64,000 nt of DNA from an uncultured Gemmatimonadales bacterium (GTDB taxonomy: Bacteria > Gemmatimonadota > Gemmatimonadetes > Gemmatimonadales > GWC2-71-9). Positions 1 through 10,960 of this stretch are shown here, piece after piece; the first letter of the stretch is position 1, and each line of letters begins with the position of its first letter. Below the pieces are notes generated by a model that saw nothing but the letters and a program-made list of their open reading frames with translations, was not told where the DNA came from and ran no database searches. The DNA lies in NCBI GenBank assembly GCA_963798915.1, contig CAWCVB010000002.1:704001-768000 (forward strand), written 5' to 3'. The position numbers and the translations under genes are program-made.

Positions 1-1777
1 CTGCCACACGTGCCCGGCGCTCCCCGCCAGCTGGCCGGGCTGGGAAGATTCCGCCGTGCCGCCCGAGCATGAGGGCGCCTACCTCCGAGACCTGCGGCAG
101 CTGCTCGACAAGTACGACTACGACTGCGCACTCTACGGACACTTCGGCCAGGGATGCATCCACGTCCGCATCGACTTCGACCTGGAGACGCATGAGGGCA
201 TCACCCGCTATCGGGCGTTCATCGATGACGCCGCCGATCTCGTGGTGCGCTATGGCGGCTCACTCTCCGGCGAGCATGGCGACGGCCAGGCGCGGGCCGC
301 GCTGCTGCCCCGCATGTTCGGTGAGGAGCTCGTCGAGGCGTTCCGGGAGTTCAAGCGCGTTATGGGACCCCGAGGGCAAGATGAATCCCGGGCAAGGTGG
401 TCGATCGCTATGCCCCCACCGCCAACCTGCGCCTCGGTACCGATCACCATCCCCGTCACCCCTTTACCCACTTCGCGTTTCCCGACGACCACGGCAGCTT
501 CGCCGAGGCAACCAAGCGCTGTGTCGGCGTGGGCAAGTGCCGGCGGCGACGAAGGCGGGCACAATGTGTCCGAGCTACATGGCCACACGCGAGGAGGCGC
601 ACTCCACTCGCGGCCGTGCCCGGCTCCTGTTCGAGTTTCTGCAGGGAGACGTCATCGGCCAGCGCGGGTGGCGTGACGAGAGTGTACGTGATGCGCTGGA
701 TCTGTGCCTGGCCTGCAAGGGCTGCAAGGCCGACTGCCCCGTCAACGTGGACATGGCCACCTACAAGGCCGAATACCTGTCCCACTACTACGAGGGACGC
801 CTGCGGCCGCGCCAGGCGTATGCGTTCGGGCTCATCATGTACTGGTCGCGCCTGGCAGGGCGTATGCCGCAAGCCTGGTCAATGTGCTGGCCCATGCGCC
901 GGGATTGGCCCGGGTCGCCAAGTTCATGCGGGCGTCGCGCCCGAGCGCACCATCCCACGCTATGCGCCTGAGACCTTCAGGCGCTGGTTTCACGATCGCG
1001 AGCCTCGCGCGGTCGACGGACCGAAAGTGCTGCTGTGGCCCGACACCTTCAACAACTATTTCGGCCCGGGACGGCTCGCGCGGCCACCGAGGTACTCGAG
1101 TCGGCCGGCTATCCGGGTGGAGCTGCCGAGCGCGCTGGCTCTGCTGTGGCCGGCCCGCTATACGACTTCGGGATGCTCGGACGTGGCGCGCAAGCTGCTC
1201 CAGGGCATCCTGGACGCCCTGCGCGACGATATCCGGGCCGGTACGCCGCTGATCGTCCTGGAGCCGAGCTGTGCGGCCGGCCTTCCGGGACGAACTCATC
1301 AACTCTTTCCCCACGACGAAGATGCTCACCGACTGAGCCGCCAGACCCTGCTGCTGAGCGAATTTCTCGAGCGGGAGAAGCCGGGGTTCGGGCACTGCCG
1401 CACGTCGGGCGCACGGCGCTGGTGCACGGGCATTGCCACCAGAAGTCCATGATGGGCATGAGCGACGAGCAGGCCGTCCTGCGAGCGCCTCGGCGTCGAT
1501 ATCAGCATGCCTGACCCGGCTGCTGCGGCATGGCCGGGCGCATTCGGGTTCAGTCGGGGTGAGCACTACGATGTGTCGATCAAGTGCGGCGAGCGGCGTG
1601 CTGCTGCCGGCGGTCCGGGAGGCGGACAAGCGACACGATGATCATCGCCGACGGATTCAGCTGCCGGGAACAGATCGAGCAGACCACGGGTCGACGCATG
1701 CGCTGCATCTCGCCGAGGTGCTCCAGATGGCGCTGCCGCATGCAGACGAACGGGGAAAGGAAGGTGCACATGCCTGA
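1..1777 (+). CDS. FAD-linked oxidase / Fe-S (CCG-domain) oxidoreductase, 5' partial, multiply frameshifted
   Basis: Motifs spread over successive frames: HFGQGCIHVRIDFDL, SGEHGDG, CVGVGKC, CLACKGCKADCP, HGHCHQK, ADGFSCREQ. Last frame ends at TGA 1775-1777, overlapping the next ATG. Confidence 0.85.
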
Positions 1778-2786
1778 GGGCCAACACGCCAGCCGCGTCG
1801 TCGTCATTACCGGCGCATCCGCCGGCGTCGGGCGCGCGACGGTTCGCCGATTCGCTCGCGAAGGGGCGCGGATCGGGCTGATTGCGCGCGGCCGAGCCGG
1901 GCTCGAGGCGGCCGCGCGCGAGGTGGAAGCTGCCGGCGGCACCGCGCTGGTGCTGCCCCTGGACGTGGCCGATGCGGACGCGGTCGAGGCCGCGGCAGCC
2001 AGGGTCGAGGATGAGCTCGGGCCTATTGACCTGTGGATCAATGTGGCAATGACGTCGGTCTTCTCCCCGGTCAAGGAAATGAAGCCGGAGGAGTTCAAGC
2101 GTGTGACCGAGGTGACCTACCTTGGCTACGTCTACGGCACACTCGCGGCGCTCAAGCGGATGCTGCCGCGCGACCGCGGCGTCATCGTCCAGGTCGGCTC
2201 GGCCCTGGCCTACCGCGGCATACCGCTCCAGTCCGCATACTGCGCGTCGAAGCACGCCATCCAGGGCTTCATGGATTCGCTCCGGACCGAGTTGCTACAC
2301 GACGGAAGCAACGTGAAGGTGACGATGGTGCAGATGCCAGCCCTCAATACTCCGCAATTCCGGTGGGTCCTGAGTCGACTGCCGCGAGAAGCGCAGCCGG
2401 TGCCGCCCATCTTCCAGCCCGAAGTGGCGGCCGACGCAGTCCATTTCGCGGCCGCTCATCCGAGGCGTGAACTGCTCGTGGGTTTTCCGACCGTGCGGGC
2501 GGTGGTGGGCAACAAGCTGGTACCCGGAGTGGCCGACGCCGTGCTGGCCCGCAATGGATATGCGAGCCAGCAGACGAAGCAGCGACGCACAGTGCGCCCG
2601 GACAACCTCTGGGAGCCGGTGGATGGCGAGGTTGACCATGGCGCACATGGGGTATTCAATGGGCGCGCCCGTCCCTGGAGTGCCCAGCTCTGGGCCAGCA
2701 TGCACCGGGGCGGTATCACCCTGGTGCTCGCCGGCCTGAGCGTGGCGACAGCGGCAGCCGCGATAGCGCGCAGCCGGCGCGGATGA
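1770..2786 (+). CDS. SDR family oxidoreductase
   Basis: TGASAGVG Rossmann motif, YCASK catalytic motif, AAGGAAGG RBS before ATG 1770, C-terminal hydrophobic tail. Confidence 0.93.
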   Translation: MPEGQHASRVVVITGASAGVGRATVRRFAREGARIGLIARGRAGLEAAAREVEAAGGTALVLPLDVADADAVEAAAARVEDELGPIDLWINVAMTSVFSPVKEMKPEEFKRVTEVTYLGYVYGTLAALKRMLPRDRGVIVQVGSALAYRGIPLQSAYCASKHAIQGFMDSLRTELLHDGSNVKVTMVQMPALNTPQFRWVLSRLPREAQPVPPIFQPEVAADAVHFAAAHPRRELLVGFPTVRAVVGNKLVPGVADAVLARNGYASQQTKQRRTVRPDNLWEPVDGEVDHGAHGVFNGRARPWSAQLWASMHRGGITLVLAGLSVATAAAAIARSRRG

Positions 2787-2808
2787 GCGTGCCGGCGCCA
2801 GCGGCCCA

Positions 2809-3369
2809 CTATTCGGGGAGAGTGAAACTTTCCTTCAGCGTCCACACCTTCAGTGCAAAGAAGATGCGGATCATCGTCGCGTAGTCGCCTTCGCTGACAA
2901 GCACCACCAGCGCTTTCGCGTCGGTGCCCCTGGTGCGATTGACGTTTTCCTTGACGCGCATCCTGCCCTTGAGACCATCGAACCACGATGGCAGCAGGCT
3001 GCGCTGGTCACCCCGCACAATGACCCGACTGCGTCCACCCGTCGGATCGGCCAGGGCCACCTGGCAATAGCGCTTGCCCCGCGCCTCGCCGAGGGTGGCA
3101 CGCATGAAGGTGATGGATCGGTCCGGAAGCTCGGCCCAGACCTTGATGTTCGGCGTGGTGCGAGGCCGGATCTCCAGGCGATCCTTGGCGCGCTTGGGAA
3201 TCCGCGCCATGAACTCCCAGGTGCTGCGAGCGCTGAAGTTGCCATCAGTGACGAGAAAGGTCTGCTCGGTACCCTGCTGAGCGGTGCCGCCAAATGTCCA
3301 GCTGGCCGGTCGCCGGTCGCCGGCCTCCACCACAACCTTGTCGAGCTGGTACTTGCGTCGCCTCGGCAT
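2809..3369 (-). CDS. hypothetical basic protein (186 aa)
   Basis: Clean ORF with AAGGAG RBS and protein-like composition; no family recognised. Confidence 0.75.
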   Translation of the reverse strand: MPRRRKYQLDKVVVEAGDRRPASWTFGGTAQQGTEQTFLVTDGNFSARSTWEFMARIPKRAKDRLEIRPRTTPNIKVWAELPDRSITFMRATLGEARGKRYCQVALADPTGGRSRVIVRGDQRSLLPSWFDGLKGRMRVKENVNRTRGTDAKALVVLVSEGDYATMIRIFFALKVWTLKESFTLPE

Positions 3370-3503
3370 CGGTAGCTCCTTGGACGTCGGGAAGTCGGGA
3401 ACGAACAGCCGGACAGCAGTTCGTCAAGGCATCATCCCGGGTGCTCATGGGTTCCGACGTGTGTCGGAACGACCACCGGGCAGGTCACTGGCCGTCCAAC
3501 CGT

Positions 3504-4937
3504 CTAGCCGTCTAGCCGCCTGATAGACAAAATCACGTCTCCCTCCAGGATGCCGTCAACCACATCCATGCCCTCGACCACCTCGCCAAAGACGGTGTAA
3601 TCGGGGTTGAGCCGGAGGTTGTCGCGCAGGTTCACGAACCACTGGGCGTCGCCGGTGTCGTGCGCACGTGTGCTCATGCCCACTGTGCCGCGCACATGGG
3701 GCACGCCCCCGAGTTCGTCCCGGAAATAGCGAGCGTATCCCGAATACTCGTTGTTGAGCGGGCCGCCGCCCTGGATCACGAAGTCAGGCTCCACCCGATG
3801 CCATGTCATGCCGTCGTAATAGCGCTGGTCGACGAGGTCCAGGATGCGTGCTGCCGTGATCGGCGCCGCATCCCCGCGGAGTCGCACCACGAAGCTGCCG
3901 CCGCCGCTGGCCGGACTCAAGGTGACACGCACGCGAATGTCCGCTCCCAGGGCGAGCGCCACCGCTTCCGGTGGCAAGGAGGCATCCGCAGCCGGCGGCC
4001 GGTCATCGCTCGCAGGCCGGCCGGCGGCCTTGAGCAGCGCCAGCCGAACATCGCGTGCCGACGCATTGGCGCGGTGAACCCATTGCTCGAATGTTGCGCT
4101 CGCCCGTCGCGGCACGCTTGAGTCGGGCGAGCCCACCAGCGCCAGGGCAGCTGCTCGCACCACTTGCGGTGCGTCGGTCGAGAGCGCCTTGAGGAAGATT
4201 GCGTCGGCGCGATGTCCACTGAGCCGGGCGAGTGCCTCGAGCGCGGCCTCGCGCACGTTGGGATCGGCGTCGGTCGCCAACGCGGTCAGGGTCGTGGTAT
4301 CGCCAAGCACGGCTGCCGCTCGCGCGGCATAGAGCCGAAGATGCGCATTCGGATGCGCCACGAGGCGTTGCACCCAGCGGCCCGCGCGCTCGGGCTGGAG
4401 CCGCGTGAGCGCCACCAGCGCATGGGCGGCCGCCTGCCAGGATACGCCCCCGCGGATCCGATGCGAAACATCACCGGGCATGGAGTCGAGCCACTGTACG
4501 ACCCTGCCCACCAGCGCCGTATCATCGGCACAGCTTGCACGCGCCAGGTCCGCGGCATGGAGCCGCACGGGCCAGGCGCTGTCGCTCAGGGCTGCGCGGA
4601 GGGCTGGGCAATCATCACGCGCCGCGCCGAGTGCCCGGAAGCGCAGCCGCCACGCAGGTTCCGGCCAGTGCGTCGGTGCCGGGAGCGCGGGCAACGAGTC
4701 ACGAGCGCGGAAGGCGGTATCCCTGATCCGGCCTATCGCTCGAATTGCCAGCAGGCGCACCACCGGGCTGTCGTGCCGGACGCCCTGCGCCAGCGCTGGA
4801 TCGGCGGAATCGCGTCGGTCCTCGGCGAGCAGCACCCGTCCAATCAGCGCCGAGTCGGCCCGGGTGATGCTGGCGCCCTGGGCGGTCAGCATCCGCGAGC
4901 CGGCAGAGAACAGGGCGAGCACCAGGAGAGCGCGCAC
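3504..4937 (-). CDS. secreted HEAT-repeat / cyclophilin-type peptidyl-prolyl isomerase
   Basis: Signal-like start (VRALLVLALFSAG), HEAT repeats (DADPNVREAALEALARL), C-terminal cyclophilin motifs HRVEPDFVIQGG, AQWFVNL, YTVFGEVVEGMDVVD. GTG start inferred. Confidence 0.85.
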   Translation of the reverse strand: MRALLVLALFSAGSRMLTAQGASITRADSALIGRVLLAEDRRDSADPALAQGVRHDSPVVRLLAIRAIGRIRDTAFRARDSLPALPAPTHWPEPAWRLRFRALGAARDDCPALRAALSDSAWPVRLHAADLARASCADDTALVGRVVQWLDSMPGDVSHRIRGGVSWQAAAHALVALTRLQPERAGRWVQRLVAHPNAHLRLYAARAAAVLGDTTTLTALATDADPNVREAALEALARLSGHRADAIFLKALSTDAPQVVRAAALALVGSPDSSVPRRASATFEQWVHRANASARDVRLALLKAAGRPASDDRPPAADASLPPEAVALALGADIRVRVTLSPASGGGSFVVRLRGDAAPITAARILDLVDQRYYDGMTWHRVEPDFVIQGGGPLNNEYSGYARYFRDELGGVPHVRGTVGMSTRAHDTGDAQWFVNLRDNLRLNPDYTVFGEVVEGMDVVDGILEGDVILSIRRLDG

Positions 4938-5025
4938 GTGAAACCCGCGTTGAGGAAGAACAGGATTAATGAAGCGATCCGGTTGAATGTCCTGCTTTTG
5001 GGCCCTGCGCGCTACTCCCCGCCCC

Positions 5026-5493
5026 CTAGCCGCGCAGCCTGGGAGAGGCGGCCAGGACGTCCAGCAGCGGAACCTGTGCCGGCAGAATGCGGCGGCGGGC
5101 CTCGTCCAGCGAAAACCACTCGGCGCGATCCACTTCCGGATAATGATGAATTCGGCCTGAGCCTCTGGGCCACTCCACCGCAAACATGCTGCTGGTGAGC
5201 GTCTGCGGATCAAAGTCTCCCTCGAGGGCCCACGCATGCACCAGCTTTCCGCCCCGCTGCTTCACATGCCCCAACGCAAATGGCTCACCCACCGGCTCCA
5301 ATCCCGTCTCTTCACGGAATTCGCGCCGGGCGGCGGCAAGCAGGTCCTCGCCGGGCGCCACCTCGCCCTTGGGCAGTGACCACGCACCAAGATCCTTGCG
5401 TGCCCAGAACGGCCCGCCGAGGTGAACCAGCAGGACCTCGGGTCCAGAGGGCCGCCGGCGAAAGAGAATGAGTCCGGCCGAGATCACGGGCAT
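5026..5493 (-). CDS. NUDIX hydrolase
   Basis: GGPFWARKDLGAWSLPKGE followed by the Nudix box AARREFREETG. Confidence 0.9.
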   Translation of the reverse strand: MPVISAGLILFRRRPSGPEVLLVHLGGPFWARKDLGAWSLPKGEVAPGEDLLAAARREFREETGLEPVGEPFALGHVKQRGGKLVHAWALEGDFDPQTLTSSMFAVEWPRGSGRIHHYPEVDRAEWFSLDEARRRILPAQVPLLDVLAASPRLRG

Positions 5494-5621
5494 CCCGGGA
5501 AGTAGGAGCCGACGCGGGCAAGCGCAAGTACCGCGCGGGCACATGCAATTTGGAGGTACCTTGACTGGGACCGGGCCCGGCCCGCCTATCATCCACCCTC
5601 TCCTTCCACTCGGGACAGCCC

Positions 5622-7323
5622 ATGACGTCTCGCCGGGACTTTGTGCAGCAGGGCGCGCTCGGCATTGCCGCCCTGTCCGCACCCGCCACCATCCTCGTCT
5701 CGCCCCGTCGCATGCACGCTCGTGCTGCGTCACCCGGTATGCCCGACCTGCGGCGGCCGCCAGATCTCGTCGCCGCGGAAATTCCGGAGCGGAGTGCTTC
5801 TCGCCCAGGCCTCCGGCGGCGAGCGCTGGGAGGGAGCCGGGCTCGCCATCAGGATCAGCGACACGGCGGGCGGGATGCGTGTCGCGCTGTCTGCGCCGGG
5901 CGTGGCCGTCAGGCGACTTCACCTTCGCTGGCGAATGCGGATGGACTCCGCCCGGCTGCTGCTTGGCGATGCCTGGGAGCGGGCCTACGGCGATCTGGAA
6001 TGGCGCGGCATGGTGCCTGACCGGGTCTTGCCCTGGTACGCAGCCCTCTGGGATGGCGACCGCGCGCACTGCCTCGGTGTCCAGACCGGCGCGGGTGCAT
6101 TCTGCTTCTGGCAGGTCGATCCTGAAGGCGTGAGTCTCTGGGCCGATGTACGGAGCGGCGGAATGGGCGTCGAGCTGGGACGGCGCTCACTACATGTCTG
6201 CACCATCATTGCGCACGCCGGCGATGCGGGCGAAAGCGCTTTCTCGGCGATTCATGCTTTCTGCCGCCAGATGTGTCCGGCGCCAAGGCTTCCGTCGCAG
6301 CCGGTCTATGGAACCAATGACTGGTACTGGGCTTACGGCAAAAACAGCGGCGTGTCGGCCTTGCGCGATGCCGAGACCATCGTCGCGCTGTCACCAGGCG
6401 GCGCGAACCGGCCTTTCAGTGTCATTGACGACGGCTGGCAACCGGGACGAGGAGCCGCGAAGGCGGACGCCGGCAGGTGGGATCATGGCAACGAGAAATT
6501 CCCGGACATGCCGGCCACGGCGGCTGCCATCAGGCGCGCGGGTGCGCGACCGGGCATCTGGATCCGGCCGCTGGAGGCGCCATCGGACGCTCCCGAGAGT
6601 TGGCGGCTTCCCCGAGAACACTCGACGCTCGATCCGACAGTGGCCGGCGTGCGCGAGAAGATCACCGGGGACATTCGCCGGCTGGCCGACTGGGGATTCG
6701 AACTCATCAAGCATGACTATTCGACCTATGACCTGATGGGCCGATGGGGCTTTGCCATGGGTGCGGCGCTCACCGACGACAACTGGACCTTCGCCGAGGG
6801 GCCCATCCGGACCACTGCCGAAGTGATTGACGGGCTTTACCGCACCATGCGCGAGGCGGCGGGCGAGGCCATGCTCCTGGGATGCAACACGATCAGCCAT
6901 CTCTCCGCGGGTCACTTCGAGATGTGCCGCATCGGCGACGACACCAGTGGCACCGAGTGGTTGCGGACCCGGAAGATGGGCGTGAATGCATTGGCCTTTC
7001 GCGGGCCGCAGCATGGCGCCTTCTACGCTGCCGATCCCGATTGCGTTGGCGTCACCACCCACATTCCGTGGGAGGAGAATCGCCAGTGGCTCGACCTGCT
7101 GGCACGCAGTGGGACCATGCTGTTTGTCTCGCTCGCTCCGGATGCGCTTGATGATGCCAAGCGTCGTGACCTGCGCTCGGCCCTGGCGGTCGCGGCCCAG
7201 TCGCAGCCGTTGGGTGAGCCGCAGGACTGGCAGCGGAGCACCTGGCCCGAGCGGTGGCGGCTGACGGGCGACCAGCAGTCCTACGATTGGATCGGACCTG
7301 AAGGAATTTCGTCACCGTCATGA
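5622..7323 (+). CDS. Tat-exported glycoside hydrolase (GH36/GH27-like TIM barrel), one frameshift near 5790
   Basis: SRRDFV twin-arginine signal in the 5622 frame. The 5641 frame carries VIDDGWQ, ELIKHDYS, CRIGDD and DPDCV, typical of clan GH-D alpha-galactosidases. Confidence 0.75.
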
Positions 7324-7438
7324 GCAGCTGGGTGCGGGTTGGTGGGGAGTGACCCTTCAAGCTGCAACCGGTGCCGGCAGGCCGCCAGAGCGTGCGCAAC
7401 CGGCATATTATTCCTTGGTGCATCTTCCGGAGCAGACC

Positions 7439-8539
7439 ATGACAAAGATTCAGGATCGACCCGACGCGCTCGCTGCCCCCGTGGCCGGCGGGCTTTCCAC
7501 TCGAGGCTATGCGGCGAGCAAGGCCCGCGCACCACTCGAACCATTCGCTTTCGAGCGGCGCGCGCCCGGTCCCACGGATGTTCACATCGACATTCTCTAC
7601 TGCGGGGTGTGCCATTCCGACATTCATCAAGCGCGGGATGAATGGGGCGGCTCGATGTTTCCCATGGTGCCGGGCCACGAAATCATCGGCCGGGTACGGG
7701 AGAGTGGCGCCGCCGTCTCGACATTTGAGCGGGGCGACCTGGTCGGCGTGGGCTGCCTGGTCGATTCGTGCCGGGAGTGCGCCGAGTGTCGCCAGGGGCT
7801 GGAGCAGTTCTGCGAGCGAGGCGCGACGCCGACCTACAACGGTCCCGATCCGATCATGGGCGGCAGCACGTACGGCGGATACTCCACCCAGATCGTGGTG
7901 GATCAGGCCTTTGTGCTTCGGGTGCCGGAGGCATTGGATCCGGCGGCCGCGGCGCCGCTGCTCTGTGCCGGCATTACCACCTGGTCGCCGCTCCGGCACT
8001 GGGATGTGGGTCCCGGCAAGCGGGTGGGCGTCGTCGGGCTGGGCGGCCTCGGGCACGTGGGCATCAAGCTGGCCAGGGCGCTTGGTGCCGATGTGTCGTT
8101 GTTCACCACCTCACCGGGCAAGGCCGACGATGCCCGCCGGTTCGGCGCCGACGAGGTGATCATCTCGACCGATGCGGCCGACATGAAGCGGCACGCCAAC
8201 CGATTCGATTTCATCCTCGATACCGTGGCCGCGCCCCACAACCTCGATGCCTATCTGCAGCTGCTCAGGCGGGACGGGACATTGTGCCTGGTTGGCTTGC
8301 CGGACCAGCCGCATCCGGCGCCGGCCGTGTTCAACCTGGTCATGCGGCGGCGTCAGCTCACCGGCTCGCCGATCGGCGGCATCCGGGAAACCCAGGAAAT
8401 GCTGGATTTCTGTGCTGCGCACGGCGTCGTGTCTGATGTGGAAGTGATTCCGATGCAGGAGATCAACCGGGCCTATGAGCGGATGATCAGGAGCGACGTG
8501 AAGTATCGCTTCGTGATCGACATGAAGTCACTGGCGTAG
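7439..8539 (+). CDS. Zn-dependent NAD(P) alcohol dehydrogenase (cinnamyl ADH/YahK-like)
   Basis: CGVCHSD, GHE, structural Zn CxxCxxC..C, LLCAGIT, GLGGLG, YRFVID. Confidence 0.95.
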   Translation: MTKIQDRPDALAAPVAGGLSTRGYAASKARAPLEPFAFERRAPGPTDVHIDILYCGVCHSDIHQARDEWGGSMFPMVPGHEIIGRVRESGAAVSTFERGDLVGVGCLVDSCRECAECRQGLEQFCERGATPTYNGPDPIMGGSTYGGYSTQIVVDQAFVLRVPEALDPAAAAPLLCAGITTWSPLRHWDVGPGKRVGVVGLGGLGHVGIKLARALGADVSLFTTSPGKADDARRFGADEVIISTDAADMKRHANRFDFILDTVAAPHNLDAYLQLLRRDGTLCLVGLPDQPHPAPAVFNLVMRRRQLTGSPIGGIRETQEMLDFCAAHGVVSDVEVIPMQEINRAYERMIRSDVKYRFVIDMKSLA

Positions 8540-8564
8540 TTCGGGCCGCGGCCGCCCCGTGCCG

Positions 8565-9593
8565 CTATCGCAGCGCCAGGAAGCAGAGCGCCGCGATCAC
8601 CGCCGCCATGGGAATGGTGAGCAACCACGCCCAGATGATGCGCGTCGCGACATTCCAGCGCACCGAGGTGGGCCGGTTCGCCGAGCCGACGCCAACGATG
8701 GCGCCGGTAATCGTGTGCGTGGTGCTCACCGGCACGCCCAGCATGGATGCAATGAGTACTGAGATCCCGCCCGCCGTCTCGGCGCAGAAACCGCCGAATG
8801 GCCTCAGCCTGGTGATGCGCGTGCCCATCGTCTTGACAATGCGCCAGCCGCCCAGCGCCGTTCCCAGGGCGATCGCCGTATAGGCGCCCATTTCGACCCA
8901 GAGAGGAATGTGGTTGGCATTGACCAGGTAGAGATGGTGCATCCAGCCTGTGGAGCCCTGGAAGAGTGCCTGGGTCGAGACCAGCAGTCCCACCACAATA
9001 CCCATGGTCTTCTGTGCATCGTTGGCGCCATGGCTCAGCGAATAGAGACCGGCCGAGAGCAGTTGCAGCCGGCGGAACGTCCGATCCACCGGCGCCGGCC
9101 GGGCAAAGCGCAACAGCCAGCTCAGTCCCACGGTCAGCGACAGCGCCAGGACGAATCCCAGCAGCGGCGAGATGACGATGAAGAGCACCGGCTTGATCCA
9201 GCCGCTGAGGATGAGCGCGTTGAAACCGGCCTTCGCGACCGCCGCGCCGCCGAAGCCGCCCAGCAGGGCATGCGAGGATGAGGTCGGCAGCCCCAGCCAC
9301 CAGGTGATCAGGTCCCACAGGATGGCGCCCAGCAACGCGGCCAGCACCACGATCGGATCCACGATGGATGGATCCACCAGACCGGCGCCGATGGTGCGGG
9401 CCACCGCCGTACCCACGATGAAGGCGGCGGCAAAGTTGAAGAAGGCGGCCCAGAACACCGCCACGCCGGGCGACAGCACCCGGGTGGAGACCACGGTGGC
9501 GATCGAATTGGCGCTGTCATGAAAACCATTGATGAAATCGAAGACCAGGGCGACGGCGATGATGCCCAGGACCAGGCCGACGGAAGACTCCAT
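8565..9593 (-). CDS. pit: PiT family inorganic phosphate transporter
   Basis: GFHDSANSIAT and HGANDAQK signature repeats; PVSTTH; multiple TM segments. Confidence 0.95.
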   Translation of the reverse strand: MESSVGLVLGIIAVALVFDFINGFHDSANSIATVVSTRVLSPGVAVFWAAFFNFAAAFIVGTAVARTIGAGLVDPSIVDPIVVLAALLGAILWDLITWWLGLPTSSSHALLGGFGGAAVAKAGFNALILSGWIKPVLFIVISPLLGFVLALSLTVGLSWLLRFARPAPVDRTFRRLQLLSAGLYSLSHGANDAQKTMGIVVGLLVSTQALFQGSTGWMHHLYLVNANHIPLWVEMGAYTAIALGTALGGWRIVKTMGTRITRLRPFGGFCAETAGGISVLIASMLGVPVSTTHTITGAIVGVGSANRPTSVRWNVATRIIWAWLLTIPMAAVIAALCFLALR

Positions 9594-9595
9594 CG

Positions 9596-10216
9596 TCAGG
9601 CGTGCTTGATGAAGATGGACTCGAGGACATTGGAGACGTCCTCCGCCTGGTCCAGCGTCCGCTCCAGGTTGTCATAGATGCCCTTCCACTTGATGACCAC
9701 CAGGGCATCAGGGCTGCCCTCGAACAGGTCACCCACCCATTCGTGGTAGAGCGAGTCACCTTCCTCCTCCAGCTCCTTCACCTGCTTGCATGCCTCCAGC
9801 ACGACGCCATTGCGGTCCTTCTCCAGCGAACTCACCGCCAGGAGCAGTTGCTCGCACGCCCGACGGATGACGTCGGCCATCTGACCGGCCCCCGACGGGG
9901 CATGACCGGCGTGGAACATCTGGATCCGCCTGGCGGTCCCATCCATCAGGTCCATCACGTCATCCAGCCGGGCGGCGAGCATGTGGATGTCTTCCCGGTC
10001 CAGCGGCGTGATGAAGGTCCGGTCCAGCCGCCCGACGACATCATGGGTGATCTCATCGGCCTCGTGCTCCTTCCGCTTGATGGCGTCCACGATCGGCCGT
10101 CGGCGCTCGGGATCGGCAGCGAGCAGGTCCTGCAGCAGCTGGGCCGCATCCACATTGAGCTGGGCCACAATGCGGAACAGATGAAAGAACTTCTCGTCGC
10201 GGGGCAGCAAGCGCAT
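9596..10216 (-). CDS. DUF47 / PhoU-like phosphate transport regulator
   Basis: EHEAD, FITPLDREDI, EEEGD motifs; 2 bp upstream of pit. Confidence 0.93.
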   Translation of the reverse strand: MRLLPRDEKFFHLFRIVAQLNVDAAQLLQDLLAADPERRRPIVDAIKRKEHEADEITHDVVGRLDRTFITPLDREDIHMLAARLDDVMDLMDGTARRIQMFHAGHAPSGAGQMADVIRRACEQLLLAVSSLEKDRNGVVLEACKQVKELEEEGDSLYHEWVGDLFEGSPDALVVIKWKGIYDNLERTLDQAEDVSNVLESIFIKHA

Positions 10217-10237
10217 CGGCCAGGTCCTCTCGAAGTC

Positions 10238-10906
10238 TCAGTTGGATACGGCGTCGGGGGCCAGTTCGCGGGCCAGCGTGAGCAGGTCGCCGGGCTGCTC
10301 CAGCCAGAAGTCGGGCTCGCTCGGCTCGAGGTGCGAACGTGCAAACGGGCCCCAGAGCACGGCCGCCGTCCGGACCCCGGCGGCGCGTCCCGCCTGCATG
10401 TCGTGCACGCTGTCACCGACATAGATCGTCTCGGCGGCGCTCACTCCCAGATGGTCCAGCGCCTTGAAGACCGGCTCGGGATGGGGCTTGGGATTCTCCA
10501 CATCGTCCGCACCCACCAGCACGTCCATGGTGCCCTCAAGGCCGGCGATTCGCAGGCCACGCTCCGCACCCGAGCGGTTCTTGCTCGTCACCATGCCGGT
10601 GCGAAAGCCGGCCGCGCGGATCGCGAGCACCATGTCCGCCACCCCGGGATAGGCCAGGACCCGGCTGTCGTGATGCGTGAGGTTGAACTCCCTGTAGGTC
10701 TGGATCATCTGCTCGATGCCCGGGTGCTCGGCCCAGTCGGCGAACTGGATCCGGAGCGGCGTGCCGATCCCCGCCAGCCACTCCTCGTCGGTGCGGGCCG
10801 GGAGGCCATGCGTCCGGAGCGTGTGATGATAACTGTCAATGATGAGGCGAACGGAATCGATGATGGTGCCGTCGAGGTCGAACAGCACCGTGGTCAGCTG
10901 AGGCAT
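10238..10906 (-). CDS. HAD-IA hydrolase (PpaX/phosphoglycolate phosphatase-like)
   Basis: LFDLDGT, VTSK, KPHPEP, YVGDSVHD motifs I-IV. Confidence 0.92.
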   Translation of the reverse strand: MPQLTTVLFDLDGTIIDSVRLIIDSYHHTLRTHGLPARTDEEWLAGIGTPLRIQFADWAEHPGIEQMIQTYREFNLTHHDSRVLAYPGVADMVLAIRAAGFRTGMVTSKNRSGAERGLRIAGLEGTMDVLVGADDVENPKPHPEPVFKALDHLGVSAAETIYVGDSVHDMQAGRAAGVRTAAVLWGPFARSHLEPSEPDFWLEQPGDLLTLARELAPDAVSN

Positions 10907-10960
10907 GGCGGAAAATAGGCGGGAAGGGATCGGAATGTAGGGGCACGGCATGCCGTGCCC

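Noticed and set aside
1..1777. Pseudogene or programmed frameshifting in the FAD/Fe-S oxidoreductase
   Set aside because: Many single-base indels with intact motifs and no slippery sites; best explained by long-read errors. Needs read polishing to confirm.
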